Source: Octopus vulgaris (lineage: Eukaryota). From it: 64,000 bases of DNA. This document shows positions 10,747-23,553 of this stretch, piece by piece. A program made the translations under genes and the position numbers. Under the pieces are notes generated by a model. That model saw only the letters and a list, made by a program, of their open reading frames with translations. It did not search any database and had not been told where the DNA came from. Where the stretch lies: the NCBI GenBank assembly GCA_951406725.2, contig OX597822.1, forward strand, positions 23,994,001-24,058,000, written 5' to 3'. How positions within the stretch are numbered: the stretch's first letter is position 1; each line of letters starts with the position of its first letter.

Positions 10747-11099
10747 AACACCAAGTTGAAAATAGCTAATTTTTTCAATATATTCAAAATTATTTGAAAC
10801 AAATGCAGAGTATTTCAACTAAAATATGGTAGCAAAAGAGTTAAAGAGATTTAAATTAAAACCTTCTGTCAAAATTTCATGTGAATTTATGTTCTAAACA
10901 CCAGCTTAACAATGACAATTCTTTGTTATCTCCAAAATTAACTGAAATACAGTAATGAAAAGGTTAAAGGGATCTAAATGAAAACCTTCCATCAAGATTT
11001 CATGTTTGTGTCTGTTTCAGACACCAAATTAATAATGACAAAGGTGTTTAACTAAATATTTCATTATTTTTGAAATTAAGAGAAATAAAGTTATGTATA

Positions 11100-11510
11100 G
11101 GCATGGGAATGGCTGTATGGTAAGTAGCTTGCTTACCAAACACATAGTTCCGGGTTCAGTTCCACTACATGGAACCTTGAGCAAGTGTCTTCTACTATAG
11201 CTTTGGGCTGACCAAAGCCTTGTGAGTGGATTTGGTAGATGGAAACTGAAAGAAACCTGTCGTATATATGCAAATATATATATGTACGTGTATATGTATA
11301 CGTTTGTGTGTCTGTGTTTGTCCCCCACAACATCGCATGACAACCGATGGTGGTGTGTTACGTCCCTGTAACTTAGCGGTTCGGCAACAGAGACCGATAG
11401 AATAAGTACAAGGCTTACAAAGAATAAGTCCTGGGGTCGATTTGCTCAACTAAAGGTGGTGCTCCAGCATGGCCACAGTCAAATGACTGAAACAAGTAAG
11501 AGTAAAAGAG
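11100..11510 (+). mobile_element. tRNA-derived SINE family A (CORE-like, internal microsatellite)
   Basis: A box TGGCTGTATGGTAAG, B box GGTTCAGTTCC, CORE-like ACCTTGAGCAAGTG, and tail GACTGAAACAAGTAAGAGTAAAAGAG. Confidence 0.85.
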
Positions 11511-11751
11511 TGTATTTCAGAAGAAACATGGTACAAAAACCAACTGGAAATTGAACCAACAGTTTTACTTTTTGAATTGTGCAAAATAAATTTTAGCAAT
11601 TATGTTATTTTTTTCATCTACTTTTTTCTAACAAAGTAATATTATCCTTGCCATTTGTTTCAAACATGATTTCATCTCATGAGTTATTACATTTGAATTT
11701 TTTATTAATAGACAGTGCAGTTTTATTTTCTACATACAAGAAAGATATATG

Positions 11752-11801
<50 letters not shown>

Positions 11802-12024
11802 CAACATGGGAGAAAAAAGAAATAAAACAATACATACTTATAAAATTTTCACATATTCAAAACTTTTTTATAAGATATTTGTTTAATTTTTTTTTTTACT
11901 TCTCACGATGGTTTTGAAAAATTCAGACTACTTCCAAGAATTATTAGAAAAGGTGTTATGCAGCAAGATAGAAAAGCAATGTTGAGAAACTGCTTGTCTC
12001 CCTACCCTCCACATCTGTGTAAAT

Positions 12025-12312
12025 GTAGCACTATGGCCCAGTGGTTAGAGTGTCGAGCTCACAATCATGAAATAGAGAGTTCGATTCCTGGACCAGGCTG
12101 TGTGTTGTTTTCTTGAGCAAGACACTTTATTTCACGTTGCACCAGTTCACTCAGCTGTATAAATGAGTTGTGATGTCACTGGTGCCAAGATGCATCAGCC
12201 TTTGCCTTTTCCTTGGATAACATCGGTGGCGTGGAGAAGGGAGGCTGGTATGCATGGACGACTGCTGGTCTTCCATAAACAGCTTTGCCTGAAAGGGGTC
12301 TTTAGCCTTTAT
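12025..12312 (+). mobile_element. tRNA-derived SINE family D
   Basis: TGGCCCAGTGGTTAGAG..GAGTTCGATTCC..TCTTGAGCAAGACACTTTATTTCAC..CACTCAGCTGTA.AAATGAG; homologous to 13340, 16648 and 37158. Confidence 0.8.
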
Positions 12313-12459
12313 CCTAACTAATAAAAGATATTTTATGTCTAATTCTTAACAACCATTCTCAGCCACAAAATGTATAGCACTTCCTGAAAATGAGCCCCTT
12401 GTTTTACCTTATGAGCCCCTTGTTTTACATGATATTCAGGTCAGTTATGGGGATGCCAC

Positions 12460-12870
12460 TACAGTGGATCACTGCATCCAACATTTGTCATATTTTCTTG
12501 GATCATTCCAAGCAAACCTCCAAGCAGTGTTCCAGTCAGTCCCCATCTCCACGAGATACTTCCTTATCTACCGTGATCTGCCTCATGTGGCAGGTGGCCA
12601 ACCAACATGAGCCATCACCGCAGCCACATCCTCAGAGAATATGACATCGTATGTTGGATCCAAGGTTGAAGGTCAAGTAACATGGCCAAACAGTCTGAGC
12701 TGACCACTCCCGAATCATACAAGTCACAGGTCGCATTCCAGTTTCTTAGTAGACTAGTTGGTTGCCTACAAAGTCTGACCAATGGTACCCCATAATCCTG
12801 CAAAGCATCCTGGTACCAAAGGAATTCAGGTAGCTCCTAAGGGCCCCTGAGTGACTAAGTCTCACAACTA
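12460..12870 (-). pseudogene. RTE-clade LINE C-terminal remnant (a different family from 22296)
   Basis: Minus strand CET*..LNSFGTRMLCRIMGYHWSDFVGNQLVY*ETGMRPVTCMIRE..QLRLFGHV, typical of the RTE post-RT region; contains stops and frameshifts. Confidence 0.7.
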
Positions 12871-12934
12871 TAGAGCAATATTTATATTGTTCTATAATTG
12901 CAAACCGTTATCTGCATGACAAACATGGACAGGG

Positions 12935-13330
12935 AGAGAGAGGGCAGGAGGGAGGGAGTTCCAGATTCAGGAAGTTCTGGGAATGAAAGACTAGGCACGG
13001 AGGTTGATACAAGTCCTGAGGAAGGAGGAGGGTTGAGAGATGAGGAAAGGTGAGGGGAAGAGTGGGGTGGGAGAGGGGTGAGAAGTGTGGACATATTATG
13101 AGTGACAAGAAAATGAGGTAATAAGTGAATTAGGAATGCTTGCGTGGAGGGTAACACATGACCATTGAGCCAGCCAATTCTGAGGAGTAGTGCCCATTGT
13201 AAAAATAAGGGCAATGAGATTCGAGATAGCATGTCTGTGGGCCAGACATTGGAGTGAGTGGATGAATAACTTCAGATCATTTAAGTCTGATGGCTTTTTC
13301 TCTGGATCCAATCTATAATGCAGGTATTAT
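12935..13330 (-). pseudogene. CR1/Jockey-group LINE 3' remnant
   Basis: Minus strand LQCLAHRHAISNL.. and SFIPRTS*IWNSLP, motifs typical of the ORF2 C-terminus. Confidence 0.6.
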
Positions 13331-13339
13331 ATGTCTGTA

Positions 13340-13636
13340 TTAGGGTAAAAAGAATAAAGACCTTCTTTGGTCATGAATGACCATGAGATTGCACCTAGAA
13401 AGTTCCCCTCCAAAGCACAAGTCCGGGCAAGGTTATTTATGGAAGACCAGCAGTCGCCCATGCATACCAGCCTCTCCTCTCTATGCCATTTATGTTATCC
13501 AAGGGAAAGGCAAAGGCTGATACAGCTTGGCACCAGTGGACATCACAACTCATTTCTATAGTTGCACACAGGCCAGTCCAGGAATCAAACTCATTACTTC
13601 ATGATTGTGAACCCGACACTCAAACCACTGAGCTAA
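13340..13636 (-). mobile_element. SINE family D
   Basis: Reverse-complement homolog of 12025-12312, with the 3' tail ggtcatgaatgaccatg.gattgcacctagaaag. Confidence 0.75.
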
Positions 13637-13858
13637 TCACCATTTCTCTTGAGACCCCTCCCACCTGCTCCTCCGCTCCACCCACCCACTTCTCATAGTC
13701 TAATTAGAAAAGAGAGGAATTCTATTTTGCATATTTAGTTGCACGCTTTCCATTGTAGGACATGATTTGGGTTACATAATTGGACAGGATCAGACATTCC
13801 TCACATGGAAATGCAATTCTAGCAAATGGAATCAGGATGGAAACTGAAGTACTCAACA

Positions 13859-13894
<36 letters not shown>

Positions 13895-14852
13895 ATTTCA
13901 ATATAAAGAAAAATATAAAATCAATTTTTTGTGTGTATATGAGTGTTGTTTGTGGATGTGTGTGTGTGTGTGTGCATTGTGTGTTATTTATAGGTTTTCT
14001 ATGACTGTAAATGGTTGCATCTGTGTATATCTGTGTTTATAAAAATACACACTAATCTGTATTTACTTGTGTGTACCTGTGTACTTACATAAACACACAC
14101 ATACATACATAAACATATGTACATATATACACATATATGCAGACACATCGATACACTGATATACACACCTACACACACACACACACACATATACATATAT
14201 ATGCAGGTGCATACATACACACATGCTGCTGCTGCTACTACTACAACTACTACTAATACTACTCCCTCATCATTATTATTGCCATTATCATCACCACTAT
14301 GATTACCATCATCAGCATAATTTAACATCCATCTGTGTGTGTATATGTGTGTGTGTATGTGTAATATGTAAGCAGTTTGTGCACCTTCATGTATATATCT
14401 GGATTTACATACATGTACTTATGCAATCGTCATTTCATCCATACGCATGTGTGATGCGTACAAGTACATACACATGTATTTACGATCATTTGTATTTACA
14501 CATCACTCAGCACCCATATGCATTTGCACGTGTCTGTGTCTGCAGAAGTGTATATGCATATGGTAGGTGTGTATATGCATATGGTATATGTATGTGTGTG
14601 TATGCAGGTGTGTATATGCGTATGGTGTATGTGTACACCAAGACGGATAAGTTTGTTAACTGGACAAGAAGCAGACAATGTCTAGAGAAAAATGTCTAAA
14701 TATAGAATCTCTATCAAACCAGGAATGCTTTACCAATTTCAGAAGAACTGAAGCAGCAGGCTGTCTGATTCTAAAAAGATAAAGTTTGCAGTTGATGATA
14801 GCAAACATGTCTTCCTCACCAACTAAATCATACATCTCTCTCTCTCTCTCTC

Positions 14853-14887
<35 letters not shown>

Positions 14888-15198
14888 ATATACACACACA
14901 CACACATATATGTATTTATATGTACATACACATATATATACACCTATATATAAATATACACACATATATACATATGTGTATATATATGATGACATACATA
15001 CACACACACATATATAGTTGTATGTATGTATGTATAAGTATATGTATGTGTATACATGTGTGTGTGTGTATTTCTATTTGTGATTAAGAGACTAAGTGTG
15101 GTGAACAGAGTAATGAATTCTGAAACGTCCTACACATTTGCCATTTCAAGATTGAAGATTCTGGTTCCAAATTTTGCATCAGAACTCTCATAAATGAA

Positions 15199-15241
<43 letters not shown>

Positions 15242-15564
15242 ATACAGAAATAACTGAATAAATAAATATAGCTACAAACAAAATTCATTCAGAAAGAGAC
15301 AGGCTGACTGTACAAACAACAGCAACAACATCAACAATGCTGACAACAAAAATCTAAACGATAAAAACATTTTACACATAAATACATAAGTAGAAAGGCA
15401 GAGCTCCAGTCTGGCCTTGTGCACGATGGCTAAAAGACGCCAAAGAACTAATGAACAGACACATATACATACACACTCATATACATATATAAATATATAT
15501 ATATTTGTGCATACATACATAATGTACATAAATATATAAATAAATACAAAAATATATACATATA

Positions 15565-15746
15565 GGTGCAGGAGTGGCTGTGTGGTAAGTAGCTTGCTCA
15601 CCAGCCACATAATTCTAGGTTCAGTTCCACTGCATGGTACCTTGGGCAGGTGTCTTCTACTATAGCCTCAGGCTGACTAAAGCCTTCTGAGTGAATTTGG
15701 TAGACAGAAACTGAAAGAAGCCCATCATATATATATACACATATAC

Positions 15747-15781
<35 letters not shown>

Positions 15782-16004
15782 TGTATGTATGTATGTGTGT
15801 GTGTTTGTGTGGCTGTGTTTGTTCCCCCAACATCACTTGATAACCGACGCTGGTGTGTTTATGTCCCTGTCACTTAGCAGTTTGGCAAAAGAGACCGATA
15901 GAATAGGTACCAGTCTTACAAAGAATAAGTCTTGGGGTAGATTTGCTCGACTAAAAACAGTGCTCCAGCATGGCTGCAGTCAAATGACTGAAGCAAGTAA
16001 AAGA
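15565..16004 (+). mobile_element. SINE family A
   Basis: Full-length homolog of 11100-11510. Confidence 0.85.
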
Positions 16005-16178
16005 ATACATATACACATCATACATAAATATACACATATGTACACACTCACATGCACGCACACACACACACACACACACAATCACACACACACACACACA
16101 CATGTACATACAAGACCTTATTCACCTGGTCTTTGCTACTGAGTAGGAACAGCTCCAGCTGTGTGCTTTCAAACTTAA

Positions 16179-16989
16179 CCCTTTAGCACTTAAACTAGCT
16201 GTATTTGGTTCAAATACTCAACCTGTTCTATGTTAAAACTGCCCACATCCAGCCTCTCACACCTACCCTGCATTGTCATTCCCAAAATAAGCAACAGCAT
16301 CACTGAAATCTCAAAGCACAAGACAATGCAGGATCAATAGAAAACAACTCAGTGGTTAGAGCATCGGGCTCTCAATCATGAGGTGGTGAGTTCGATTCCT
16401 GGACTAGACTTGAGCAAGACACTTTATTTCACATTGCATGTGTATAAACTTAAAACTTCATCAGAGCATTATATATATGTGGAAAAGATCCCTGTCGAAA
16501 AGCATAAGACCATGCAAGATATAAAACAAAATTTGAAAGGCCAAACCTATTCCAGAAATATTAGATACAAGCTAATGATTGTGTGTGTGCGTGCATGTGT
16601 GTGTGTGTGTGTGTGTGTGCGTGTGTGTGTGTGTGTGTATATATACACAGTATATGGTTCAGTGGTTAGAGTGTTGGGCTCACATTCATGAGGTAGTGAG
16701 TTCAATTCCTGGAATGGGTTGTGTTCTTGAGCAAGACACTTTATTTCACATTGCTACAGTTCACCCATCTGTAGAAATGAGTTGCAACATCACTGGTACC
16801 AAGCTTTTCTCTTGGATATCATGGGTGGCGTGGAGAGGAGGGTGCTATATATGGATGGCTGTTAGTCTTCCATAAACAACCATGCCCAGACTTGTGTCTT
16901 GAAGGGTAACTTTCTAGGTCAAATCCCATGGTCATTCATAACCTTTTACTCTTTACATCTAACAGAGTAATCTGAATGCTAAAAGTAAA
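16179..16989. mobile_element. piggyBac-like MITE interrupted by SINE D copies
   Basis: Begins TTAA-CCCTTTAGCA (16175-16188) and ends TGCTAAAAG at about 16985; SINE D pieces lie inside at 16347-16440 and 16648-16953. Confidence 0.45.
16648..16953 (+). mobile_element. SINE family D
   Basis: Homolog of 12025-12312 with a complete tail. Confidence 0.75.
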
Positions 16990-17033
16990 AAATGGCTCCA
17001 AATTTGTGTGTGTGTGTGTGTGTGTGTGCATGC

Positions 17034-17088
<55 letters not shown>

Positions 17089-17442
17089 GTTAGAGAGATG
17101 GGGCAGAGCAAAAGAAAGCAGATTAGCACTTTTCAGAAGTGTTGTACTTTTCTTCATCCAACCACCTTTACCTGTCAGGTGTTTGGCAAAGTTTATAATG
17201 TTATGGAGGAAAATAACACCTGAAAATGTATCAACAAGACAAAAAAAAAATAGCATCAACGCAATATGTGCATATGTGTGTGTGTGTGTGTGTGTGAATG
17301 TGTACAAATATAATACATATATAGATGCAGGTATGACTACAGACACAGGTGTGAATTTTGGTGTAGGTGTGGCAATATGTTTGCTTCCTAACCATATGGT
17401 TCCAAGTTCCACTGAAAGAAGCCTACAGCACGCACACACACA

Positions 17443-17484
<42 letters not shown>

Positions 17485-17536
17485 AATATATATATATATA
17501 TATGTATACATACATACATACATATATATATATATA

Positions 17537-17944
17537 CTCTTTTACTCTTTTGCTTGTTTCAGTCATTTGACTGTGGCCATGCTGGAGCACTGCCTTTAGT
17601 CGAGCAAATCGACTCCAGGACTTATTCTTTAGATGCCTAGTACTTATTCTATCGGTCGCTTTTGCCGAACCGCTAAGTTACGGGGACGTAAACACCAAGC
17701 GATGTCAAGCGATGTTTGGGAGTCAAACACAGACACACAAACAAACATATACACACACACACACACACATGTATATATACATATATACGACGGGATTCTT
17801 TCAGTTTCCATCTACCAAATCCACTCACAAGGCTTTGATTGGCCCGAAGCTATAGTAAAAGACACTTACCCAAGATGTGACAGTGGGACTGAACCTATAC
17901 CATGTAGTTGGTAAGCAAGCTACTTATCACACAGCCACTCCTAT
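17537..17944 (-). mobile_element. SINE family A
   Basis: Full-length reverse-complement copy. Confidence 0.85.
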
Positions 17945-18003
17945 GTATATATATATGTATATATATGAAACATATGTATATATATATGTGTGTGTGTGTG
18001 TGT

Positions 18004-18302
18004 GTGAAGGTGCAATGGCTGAGTGGTTAGGGCAGCGGACTCGCGGTTGTAGGATCACAGTTTCGATTCCCAGACCGGGCGTTGTGAGTGTTTATTGAGC
18101 GAAAACATCTAAAGCTCCACTCTGGCAGGGAGTGGTGGCAATCCCTGCTGTACTCTTTTGACACAAATTTCTCTCATTCTTTCTTCTGTTGGCCTGCTTG
18201 CTTAGCCAGCGGGGTGGCATCATTTGAAGGCTAAAACAATGCGAAGCGCATTGTGACCAGCGATGTGTAGCAACATCTGATAGCCTGGTCAGTCACGGTG
18301 AT
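18004..18302 (+). mobile_element. SINE family C, second tail variant
   Basis: Head and first ~180 bp match 52709-52530; the 3' part (GGCCTGCTTGCTTAGCCAGCGG..GGTCAGTCACGGTGAT) is different. Confidence 0.75.
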
Positions 18303-18369
18303 ATATATATATATATATTTATATAAAAATAATGGTCATTACTTATAATTCCTTAATTAGAGCAAACTT

Positions 18370-18493
18370 GGCTTACAGCTGTTTCCAGTAGTCATTATAG
18401 GTACATTACTGACAGGTTTACTCAATTGGTCTATTGATCACTTGACGTAAATTGAATGACCTATGAAGATTAATGCTACTTTTCATCAGAGCC
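18370..18493 (-). ncRNA. Type I hammerhead ribozyme with long stem II, in a (TA)n-flanked Penelope-like repeat (about 18320-18660)
   Basis: Minus strand: GGCT-CTGATGA-aaAGTAGCATTA..ATAGGT...ACCTATAATGACTACTg-GAAACAGCTGTA-AGCC. Stem I is perfect, both core boxes are intact, stem III is palindromic (ACAGCTGT) and the site is GUA. Confidence 0.72.
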
Positions 18494-18703
18494 ATTTCTG
18501 GATTTACAATATAGAATTGTGATGAACCATAACTTGGAACCCTACCAAAAGATTAGTTGGAATTCTTCACTAATCTAAGTAATATTGTTAGCCTGGTGTG
18601 CCAACAGAGAGCTTATGAAGTATTTTGTTCAGGCTGATAATTAATCCCTCACTATTTGTTTATATATATATACACACACACACACACATATAGGAGTGGC
18701 TGT

Positions 18704-18935
18704 GCGGCGAGCTGGCAGAAATGTTAGCACACCGGGTGAAATGCTTAGCGGTATTTCGTCTGCCGCTACGTTCTGAGTTCAAATTCCGCCAAGATTGACT
18801 TTGCCTTTCATCCTTTCAGGGTCGATTAAATTAGTACCAGTTACGCACTGAGGTTGATGTAATCGACTTAATCCCTTTGTCTGTCCTTGTTTTTCCCCTC
18901 TGTGTGTAGCCCCTTGTGGGCAGTAAAGAAATAAG
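18704..18935 (+). mobile_element. SINE family B nested in the head of a SINE A (18691-19050)
   Basis: GGAGTGGCTGTG|SINE B|TAACTTGCTTACC; the A head resumes after the B tail. Confidence 0.8.
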
Positions 18936-20590
18936 TAACTTGCTTACCAACAACATGGTTCTGGGTTCAGTCCCACTGCATGGCACCTTGGGCAAGTGTC
19001 TTCTATCATAGACTTGGGCTAATCAAAGCCTTGTGAATGGATTTGATAGACACACACACACACATATATATAGAGAGAGAGAGAGAGAAAGAGAGAGAGA
19101 CAGAGAGATAGGGCATGGCTTAATTTTTTCTACTCTAGGCACATGGCCCAAAATGTTTGGGGAGGGGGCCAGTCGATTAGATCAACCACAGTATGCAACT
19201 GGTACTTAGTTTATCGACCCCAAAAAGATGAAAGGCAAAGTCGACTTCAGTGGAATTTTGAACTCAGAATGTAAAGACAGACAAAATACCACAAAGCATT
19301 TCGCCCGGCATGCTAACATTAAGAGCATGGCTTAATGGTTAGGGTGTTGCACTCATTGATTGTAAGATTGTGATATTCATTCCAAGACCGGTACATTGTG
19401 TTCTAGAGCAAAACACTTCATTTCACACAGCATCCACTCAGCTTTTAATGAATAACCCTAACAAGATGCTATTAGTGTACATTTTGTACATGCAAATTAC
19501 TTCTCCAGCAAACTGTAAACTGTATCTTTTGTATGCCTAATGATGTTTGCATTGGACTCAGAGTAGAGTTCCTAGCTAAAACCTTGATAAAATGCCCCTA
19601 ATGCACAATGTGGATTGGATGACAGTGAACAGAGAAAGCGTAAAGTTATGATGTCCCTTTAATCTTGTCTAGCAGAGGACTTAGCAACATCTCTAGTGCT
19701 GGTGCAATGAAAAAACATGCATCCAGTAAACTCTGTGAAATAGTTGGTAGTAGACAGAGTACCCAGCCATAGAAACCAAATGAGAATGACTCAAATGAGC
19801 ACCAGTCTGTGAGAGAAGTGGTTTTCAGTATGAACACTGGGTAATGTTTTGGACAATGATGACCCATCTAACCCATGCCAGCATGGAAAATTAGCTGTAA
19901 AATTAAGGCGATAATGATGATAATGATGAAGATGGTGACAATGATGACAATGAAGAGAAGAAGGATAACAAAGATGCTGATGACGATGATGATGATAAGG
20001 TAGCAGTAATGATGATGATGATGATGTTGTTGATGATGATGTTGTTGATGATGGTGATCCTGATGATGGTGATGATGATAAGGATGATGATGTACATCTA
20101 ACTGGACAAGTACCAAGTAATATATATGAAGATATCCAGATTACAAACGTATCTGATCTTGTAAGCTGTCTTGAGACTAACCAGACAAGAGGCCCCAACC
20201 CCCAAACAATGAAATGGTTTTAAAATACATTTCAAAAATAAGGTTAATATCATAATAGACGCAAAGAAGAAAAAAAAATGAAAGTTGGGGTGGGGGGACT
20301 ATAAGGCTTTTCTCTTCTCCCAAGTTTATTAAAAGGAAATGTGTGTATGTGTATGTATGCATGTGTGCACATCAGACTTTGTTGTTCTTGTATGGCCTTT
20401 TTAAATGTTTATTGTCTTTACACTATATCTATACTTATAAAATATATATATATATATATAAAATGAATTAGAGATAAAACCACTATTATAAAATAAATCT
20501 CACACCACCTGACTATATGCACCCTCTCTCTCTCTCTCTTTATGTATGTATATATATATGTGTGTGTATATATACGTATGTATGTATGTA

Positions 20591-20633
<43 letters not shown>

Positions 20634-20639
20634 GTATGC

Positions 20640-20694
<55 letters not shown>

Positions 20695-21359
20695 CATACA
20701 TATATGTGTGTGTGTATGTATGTATATGTATGTGTGTATATATATGTAAGTTTGGAGCTATACTCCCTATTATTATTATTATTATATATTATTATATATA
20801 AATATATATATATATATATGCGCACCTATATGGGAGAGCAAAAGTGTCGTTTTACATTTTTGATTTTGAATTACCTATTTTTTTTAAATATTATAAACTC
20901 TTTTATTTAACTGTTTCATTATTTTCAAATATTTCATGAACATCTGGAAGTTATTCTTTTCACTGTTAATCATTAAGCACAGAGAAACACATGAATGACC
21001 AAAATAAAAGATTTATCAAAAATGCTATTTAGGCTTTCTCCAACCTATACATATACATATGTGTGTGTATACACACACATACATATGCACACACATACAT
21101 ATATATGTATAAAGCTGAGCACACATATTGATGCAAACATATAGTTTTGCATACTGAAATTAATAATACTACATGTTGAAGGTTACAAAGCAGGTGTAAT
21201 CATATGGAAGTCATATGGAAAATAAATCTCACACCACCTGACTTTATGCGCCTTATCTCTCTCTCTCGCTCTTTCTGTATGTATATATATGTGTGTGTGT
21301 ATATGCATGTATGTATGTATGTATTTATGTATGTGTATATATCTATATATACACACACA

Positions 21360-21589
21360 TCATCATCATCATCATTTAATGTCTGCTTTCCATGCTAGCC
21401 TGGGTTGGATTTGACTGAGATCTGGCGAACCAGACTCCAATCTGATCTGGCAGAGTTTCTACAACTGGATGCCCTTCCTAACGCCAACCACTCCAAGACT
21501 GTAGTGGGTGCTTTAATGTGCCACCGGCATGAGGGCCAGTTTGGTGGTACTGGCAACGGCCACGCCCAAATGGTGCTTTTTACGTGCCA

Positions 21590-21645
<56 letters not shown>

Positions 21646-22280
21646 CACACATACATACATACATACATACATATATACATACATACATGTGTGTGTGTAT
21701 GTATGTATATGTATGTGTGTATGCACGCACACATATATATGCACATACACATGCATATATATATATACATATACACACACACACACACACATCATCATCA
21801 TCATGCTAGCATGGGTTGGACGGTTCGACCGGGGATCTGGGAAGCCAGAAGGCTGCACCAGGCTCCAGTCTTATCTGGCAATGTTTCTACAGCTGGATGC
21901 CCTTCCTAATGCCAACCACTCCGTGAGTGTAGTGGGTGCTTTTTACGTGCCACCTGCACAGGTGCCAGGTGAGGCTGGCAATGGCCATGGTCGGATTGGT
22001 GTATTTTATGTGCCACCAGCACGGAAGCCAGACCAGGGATCCTGGCTGGTTCAATTCGATTTCGATTTCGCTTGCCCCAACATGTCTTCGCAAGCAAAGG
22101 GGGTTGGCATGGGTGCCTGTCGTACGGTCGGATTGGTGTATTTTACGTGCCACCAGCACGGAAGCCAGTGGAGGCGGCGCTGGCATCGGCCACGAGTCGG
22201 ATAGTGCTTTTTACGTACCACCAGACCAGGGATCCTGGCTGGTTCAATTCGATTTCGATTGCCCCAACATGTCTTCGCAA
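21360..22280 (-). mobile_element. Two adjacent RTE 3' UTR copies with internal module duplications
   Basis: Copies at 21360-21590 and 21790-22280; a ~60-bp block is repeated at 22032-22093 and 22225-22280. Confidence 0.75.
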
Positions 22281-22295
22281 ATATATATATATATA

Positions 22296-23090
22296 CCTCG
22301 GGTAGGTGGCCCTGCTCAACCTGTAGGAAAGGTACAGGTAGAAACTCCATAAGATGCACCCAATGTAAGTTATGGACACATAAGAGGTGCAGCAACATTA
22401 AAGGGAAATTAACAGATAAGATAGCTTTCATGTGCGGCAGATGCACAGGGACAATAGACACAACAGACACTCAGAAAACAGATTCCATCACACTCCAGGG
22501 AGAGAAACTAGAAGTAGTTGATAGTTTCCGCTACCTGGGTGACCAAGTTAGTAGCGGAGGTGGATGCACAGAGAGTATCACCACTAGAATACGAATAGCC
22601 TGGGCAAAGTTCAGAAAGCTCCTACCCCTACTGGCAACAAAAAGGTCTCTCCCTCAGAGCAAAAGGTAGATTGTATGATGCATGTGTGCGAACTGCCATG
22701 CTTCACGGTAATGAAACATGGGCTGTGACTGCAGAAGACATGCGTAGACTTGAAAGAAATGAAGCTAGCATGATCCGCTGGATGTGTAGTGTCAGTGTGC
22801 ACGCAAGACAGAGTGTAAGCATCCTGAGAGAAATGCTGGATATAAGAAGCATCAGATGTGGTGTGCAAGAGCGATGCTTGCGATGGTATGGTCATGTGCT
22901 GCGGATGGATGAAGAGAGATGTGTGAAGAAGTGCCACTCCCAAACAGTTGAAGGTATCAGGGGGAGAGGTAGACCCAGGAAGACATGGGATGAGGTAGTC
23001 AAGCATGACCTCAGAGCATTGGGCCTCACTGAGGCAATGGCGAAGGACCGAGATCTCTGGAGATATGCTGTGACTACAAAGACCCGGGCT
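22296..23090 (+). pseudogene. RTE ORF fragment: PHD finger, RT C-terminal motif and thumb/C-terminal region
   Basis: CSTC-x10-CTQC-x4-H-x2-C-x14-CGRC, then LEVVDSFRYLG, RIRIAWAKF, a +1 frameshift in the A-run at about 22639-22643, then GRLYDACVRTAMLHGNETW, LRWYGHVLRM, RGRGRPRKTW and DRDLWR. Confidence 0.9.
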
Positions 23091-23128
23091 GCTTTCTGCA
23101 GCAATTCCACATACCCCCTACCTATTCT

Positions 23129-23195
23129 AAGTACCCCGGATCCCCAAAGTACCCTGGATCCCCAAAGTACCCCGATCCCCAAAGTACCCCGGACC
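23129..23195 (+). repeat. ~18-bp minisatellite in the RTE 3' UTR
   Basis: AAGTACCCCGGATCCCCA x about 3.5. Confidence 0.8.
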
Positions 23196-23553
23196 TCGTT
23201 GCCCCCGTGCCGCTGACACGTTAAAAGCTCGAACCGATCGTGACCAATGCCGGACCCTCCGGCCCCTGTGCAGGTGGCACGTAAAAGCACCCAATCCACT
23301 CACGGAGTGGTTGGCGTTAGGAAGGGCATCCAGCCGTAGAAACTCTGCCAGATTCAGACTGGAGCCTGGAGCGGCCCCTGGCTTCCCAGACCCGGTCGAA
23401 CCGTCCAACCCGTGCTAGCGCGGAAAGCGGACGTTAAACGATGATGATGATGATGATGATGATATATATATATATATATATATGTATATAAGTTAATGAT
23501 CCTCATTATCATTTTTATGTCCACTTTTCCATATTTCCATTGGTCAAAGAATT

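Larger units (their letters stand above)
9957..11098 (+). mobile_element. Fragmented tandem copies of a TTAA/CCCTT-ended (piggyBac-like) MITE family
   Basis: Recurring ttccatcaaaatttcatg..caaacaccagcttaataatgacaa..aaagggttaa blocks at about 9957-10110, 10745-10845, 10846-10967 and 10968-11098; another copy at about 58225-58450. Confidence 0.5.
22296..23462 (+). mobile_element. 5'-truncated RTE-clade LINE (ORF 3' part, 3' UTR, (GAT)n tail)
   Basis: The ORF remnant is continuous with the abundant 3' UTR and ends GGACGTTAAAC(GAT)n. Confidence 0.92.
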
